Shown here: positions 34,532-36,689 of the stretch, in pieces | Position numbering within the stretch: position 1 is the first letter of the stretch | How the letters are laid out: each line of letters starts with the position of its first letter | Source: a virus | Taxonomy: Duplodnaviria; Caudoviricetes | DNA: 36,689 nucleotides | Reading direction: 5' to 3' (one strand) | Virus record (IMG/VR): IMGVR_UViG_3300025610_000069 | Span: 1-36,689 of that record | Program-made: the position numbers and the translations under genes | The notes under the pieces: model-generated | Seen by the model: only the letters and a program-made list of their open reading frames with translations | Databases searched by the model: none | What the model was told of the DNA's origin: nothing

Positions 34532-34692
34532 TCCTCTTCCTCTATGATTTCGTCGTAGTATCCCATGGGGGTCAGGTTGTCGGTTTTCCAGTCGTTGTCC
34601 ATGACTTCCTTGGCGTCCCAGTACGGCATCCGGCGACGTTTGCCAGACACAGGCAATAGGGAAGCAATGGTGAAACAATTAGGCTTATCCAT
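34528..34692 (-). CDS. 54-aa hypothetical protein with acidic tail
   Basis: Hand translation MDKPNCFTIASLLPVSGKRRRMPYWD...DEIIEEEE; ATGA overlap with the downstream gene. Confidence 0.5.
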   Translation of the reverse strand: MDKPNCFTIASLLPVSGKRRRMPYWDAKEVMDNDWKTDNLTPMGYYDEIIEEEE

Positions 34693-34765
34693 GAAAAACG
34701 ATTCCGATCTCTGAATTTTGATTATTATCTGTCTTTTTCGTGCTAAACTTATTGTCTTTGGTCAT
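34685..34765 (-). CDS. 26-aa micropeptide MTKDNKFSTKKTDNNQNSEIGIVFHG
   Basis: GGAG RBS; directly downstream of a predicted promoter. Confidence 0.35.
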   Translation of the reverse strand: MTKDNKFSTKKTDNNQNSEIGIVFHG

Positions 34766-34794
34766 CTGGTCTCCGTTTGATGTTCTGCTCTATT

Positions 34795-34822
34795 AGTATA
34801 GCACGTCCAAGGATCATTGCAA
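34795..34822 (-). promoter_or_regulatory. Sigma70-type promoter
   Basis: Minus strand TTGCAA, 16 bp, TATACT, with TGn extension. Confidence 0.6.
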
Positions 34823-34840
34823 GCAAGCTGGCCAGTATGT

Positions 34841-34984
34841 TCAATAGCTCTCCCCCGGCAGGTTATCTAGGATATCCGGGTCGTAGAACACCCGGTCCAC
34901 CTCTTGGTGACAGGTGCCGCACAGGTCGTCCTCTGCGGATTGGTACGGCGACAACTCTGTGTCACATATTGCGCAACGTGGCAT
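34841..34984 (-). CDS. 47-aa zinc-finger microprotein (CAIC...CGTC)
   Basis: Hand translation MPRCAICDTELSPYQSAEDDLCGTCHQEV...; AAGGAGG RBS. Confidence 0.65.
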   Translation of the reverse strand: MPRCAICDTELSPYQSAEDDLCGTCHQEVDRVFYDPDILDNLPGESY

Positions 34985-35170
34985 TTAGTCCTCCTTGACG
35001 TTGACTGGATAGACACCCAGCTGGTTCAGTTTGGCAATCATGTTCGAGTGATCCATCAGCAGGTGGACCAATTGGTCTCGCCTGAGCTGGACGTTTTTAC
35101 CTCTGCCCTTGTCTGCGAACAGGTGGGCATCGTGGAACTCTTGGTCCGTGGTGTGTAAGACAATCTGCAT
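34985..35170 (-). CDS. Hypothetical protein
   Basis: GGAG RBS before ATG 35170; 61 aa. Confidence 0.6.
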   Translation of the reverse strand: MQIVLHTTDQEFHDAHLFADKGRGKNVQLRRDQLVHLLMDHSNMIAKLNQLGVYPVNVKED

Positions 35171-35181
35171 GCGGTCTCCAA

Positions 35182-35250
35182 TTGTTAACAATCTTGTTAT
35201 AACTAAGTGTTATAAACACTATGTCTATAACACTAGGTTATAACAATATT
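35182..35250. repeat. AT-rich array of short GTTA(TA)AC-type palindromes (possible origin or operator)
   Basis: TTGTTAACAA, TTGTTATAAC, GTGTTATAAACAC, GTCTATAACAC, GGTTATAACAA at 12-16 bp intervals in intergenic DNA. Confidence 0.55.
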
Positions 35251-35251
35251 G

Positions 35252-35279
35252 TATATAGTACGGTTCGTCTGAATTTCAA
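35252..35279 (-). promoter_or_regulatory. Possible sigma70 promoter
   Basis: Minus strand TTGAAA, 16 bp, TATATA. Confidence 0.4.
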
Positions 35280-35301
35280 GGGGTGCGACAAAATATTTTT
35301 T

Positions 35302-35469
35302 TCATTGTGCGTCTTCCTCTTTCCTCCGTAGGTCATGGTCTATCAATTCCAGCTGTCTGCGTAGGTCTACCTTGCGTTCAAGGTTGCACTGCATGCAGTA
35401 GTATATGTCTTCCCAACCTTGCCTAATAATGTATTCAATTGGGCCTTGTTTGCAGCGTTTACATTTCAC
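35302..35469 (-). CDS. 55-aa zinc-finger microprotein (CKRC...CMQC)
   Basis: Hand translation MKCKRCKQGPIEYIIRQGWEDIYYCMQCNLERK...; TAAGGAG RBS, GTG start. Confidence 0.65.
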   Translation of the reverse strand: MKCKRCKQGPIEYIIRQGWEDIYYCMQCNLERKVDLRRQLELIDHDLRRKEEDAQ

Positions 35470-35481
35470 GTGTCTTACTCC

Positions 35482-36111
35482 TTAGTGCTTGGGATAGCTA
35501 ACTAGTGGGATTGTCTGGTCCCAACAGGCGCGACAATCGCCGCAGTTATTGCCCTGTGTCCGGGCGGGGCAGGCGTAGCCCTTAGGTGCGGCCGTGTACA
35601 CTTGCGAGCCATTGATACCCTGTGGCTTGTCTCCATCCAGTTTAGAGGCTGATACGCGCACATTAAGATTGTCTGGCATGGTGTTTCCAGCGGCGATCCA
35701 GTCGGCTACCATGCGTCGCTCTTGTGTCGGCAACCAGTACCGTATCGACGGGGTAAGACGTGCGATCTCGGCGATAGCGTCTAGCATATCGATCGATTGT
35801 AGATCGCCGCTATCGAACCAGCGATGGTATCCGTCTACGTTGTAGCGTTCAATCTGGAATACCATACTGGCAACCCATTGGTCGCGAGGGGTAGACTGCC
35901 ACCGGGCGAGGTTGTCTTTCCAGCCTTGATCGACGCTCGGCCGTATCTTTTGCAGCCGGCGAGCGTAGCAGCTGGCGCATGGGGTACCGGCAATCTTGGC
36001 CAATTTAGACCCCGTGATACAAGCGAATGCATCGATGGCAAACGTGGTACCGGGCATTTTAGTGTTGCCGGTACTGATCTTCCCGGCTTGTCTGGCGTCT
36101 TTTACTTTCAT
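35482..36111 (-). CDS. GP88-like Cys-rich protein (possible Fe-S / radical-SAM-related fold)
   Basis: NTKMPG, C-x13-CxxCYA, RWFDSGD, WLPTQE, PDNLNVRVS, CPA...CGDCRACW...H; start at ATG 36111. Confidence 0.7.
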   Translation of the reverse strand: MKVKDARQAGKISTGNTKMPGTTFAIDAFACITGSKLAKIAGTPCASCYARRLQKIRPSVDQGWKDNLARWQSTPRDQWVASMVFQIERYNVDGYHRWFDSGDLQSIDMLDAIAEIARLTPSIRYWLPTQERRMVADWIAAGNTMPDNLNVRVSASKLDGDKPQGINGSQVYTAAPKGYACPARTQGNNCGDCRACWDQTIPLVSYPKH

Positions 36112-36126
36112 GGGTTTTTCCCTACA

Positions 36127-36182
36127 GGTTAACACATTGGAACGGGTGACCATTGCTGGCCACCCGCTCGGACGTGTTAACC
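36127..36182 (-). promoter_or_regulatory. Long intergenic hairpin with internal loop (RNase III-type processing site candidate)
   Basis: GGUUAACACGU-CC-GAGCGGGUGGCCA-GCAA-UGGUCACCCGUUC-CA-AUGUGUUAACC. Confidence 0.55.
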
Positions 36183-36359
36183 GGCGAAGTTCCATCTGTT
36201 GTGGTGTTTGATATAAATTGTCCGCAACCCGAAACTTACCTTAAAAAATACCTTTCCCTTTTCGAGCTGATATTTTTTCTGAACCTTGCGACGCTTAGTC
36301 ATTCCCCATTTGTAGAACCGTGCGAGGTTGTCGGTTTTCGGCTGATATCCTTTTGACAT
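36177..36359 (-). CDS. First early gene; basic hypothetical protein
   Basis: AAGGA RBS before ATG 36359; 60 aa, K/R-rich. Confidence 0.55.
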   Translation of the reverse strand: MSKGYQPKTDNLARFYKWGMTKRRKVQKKYQLEKGKVFFKVSFGLRTIYIKHHNRWNFAG

Positions 36360-36412
36360 GGCAAATCCTTTCATTGTTGCCGTTGAAACAGTCTCTATAT
36401 TATATCCGAAAT

Positions 36413-36451
36413 TATGGCAAAATTGTGACAATGTGTATTCAATTTTGCATA
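36413..36451. promoter_or_regulatory. Two degenerate TGT-N12-A(T)A boxes upstream of the early arm
   Basis: 36413-36430 reads TGTCACAATTTTGCCATA on the minus strand; 36434-36451 reads TGTATTCAATTTTGCATA; minus-strand TATAAT at 36399-36404. Confidence 0.5.
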
Positions 36452-36689
36452 CCTGCTATCCGCTTGCGTCTATTGACACGGCAAATCTGCATAGCCTAGG
36501 GGTCCAGCTATGTACCTAGTGCATGGCCTAGGATGGCCCGTGGGTGCCCATGTCGCATGTGCCGGGTAGGTACATACCTGAAAACATAGATCGCGCTGTG
36601 TGACGCTCTGTGGCCGTTTAACAGGCATATATCAAAAATGTTTGTCAACGGTGTTTGCCATATGTTTTCACTATATCGATCCGATATAT

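Noticed and set aside
36375-36390. TGT-N10-ACA (NifA/NtcA-like site)
   Set aside because: Single short match, likely chance; no sigma54 promoter seen.
36473-36648. TTGACA hexamers at 36473 (+) and 36643-36648 (-)
   Set aside because: No acceptable -10 element at 16-18 bp spacing.
1-36689. Terminal repeats, integrase/att site, RNA polymerase, tRNA genes
   Set aside because: None visible. The two window ends do not share an extended repeat, so genome completeness and physical termini cannot be established from this sequence.

Overview
The window looks like a complete or nearly complete ~36.7 kb genome of a short-tailed (podovirus-like) dsDNA phage with two convergent arms. The + strand arm (449-24324) carries packaging, portal, fibre, capsid, tail, ejection and lysis genes. 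The - strand arm (36359-24366) carries early genes, a T7-like primase-helicase, ThyX, a family A DNA polymerase (Tyr762 type), SSB, a GIY-YIG and a Cas4-like nuclease, a class II (B12-dependent) RNR, a 2OG-Fe(II) oxygenase and Hsp20. I see no RNA polymerase, integrase, recognisable repressor or tRNA. The gene set resembles marine SIO1/cobavirus-type phages. The most striking feature is non-coding. The first ~260 bp are tiled with protein-binding-type motifs: seven 18-bp TGT-N12-ACA boxes (one begins CGT), then GTTC-N7-GTTC-N7-GTTC-N8-GAAC-N7-GAAC-N7-GAAC, i.e. four overlapping perfect alphaproteobacterial LexA (SOS) boxes. These lie upstream of a perfect sigma70 promoter whose -10 sits inside a palindrome. 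Other notable items are a ROSE-like RNA thermometer before hsp20, a recurrent GLL[SGD] motif in five proteins of the ejection/lysis region, an RNase III-like hairpin in the early region, and many unannotated microproteins. All protein calls come from motif recognition by eye, not from database searches.
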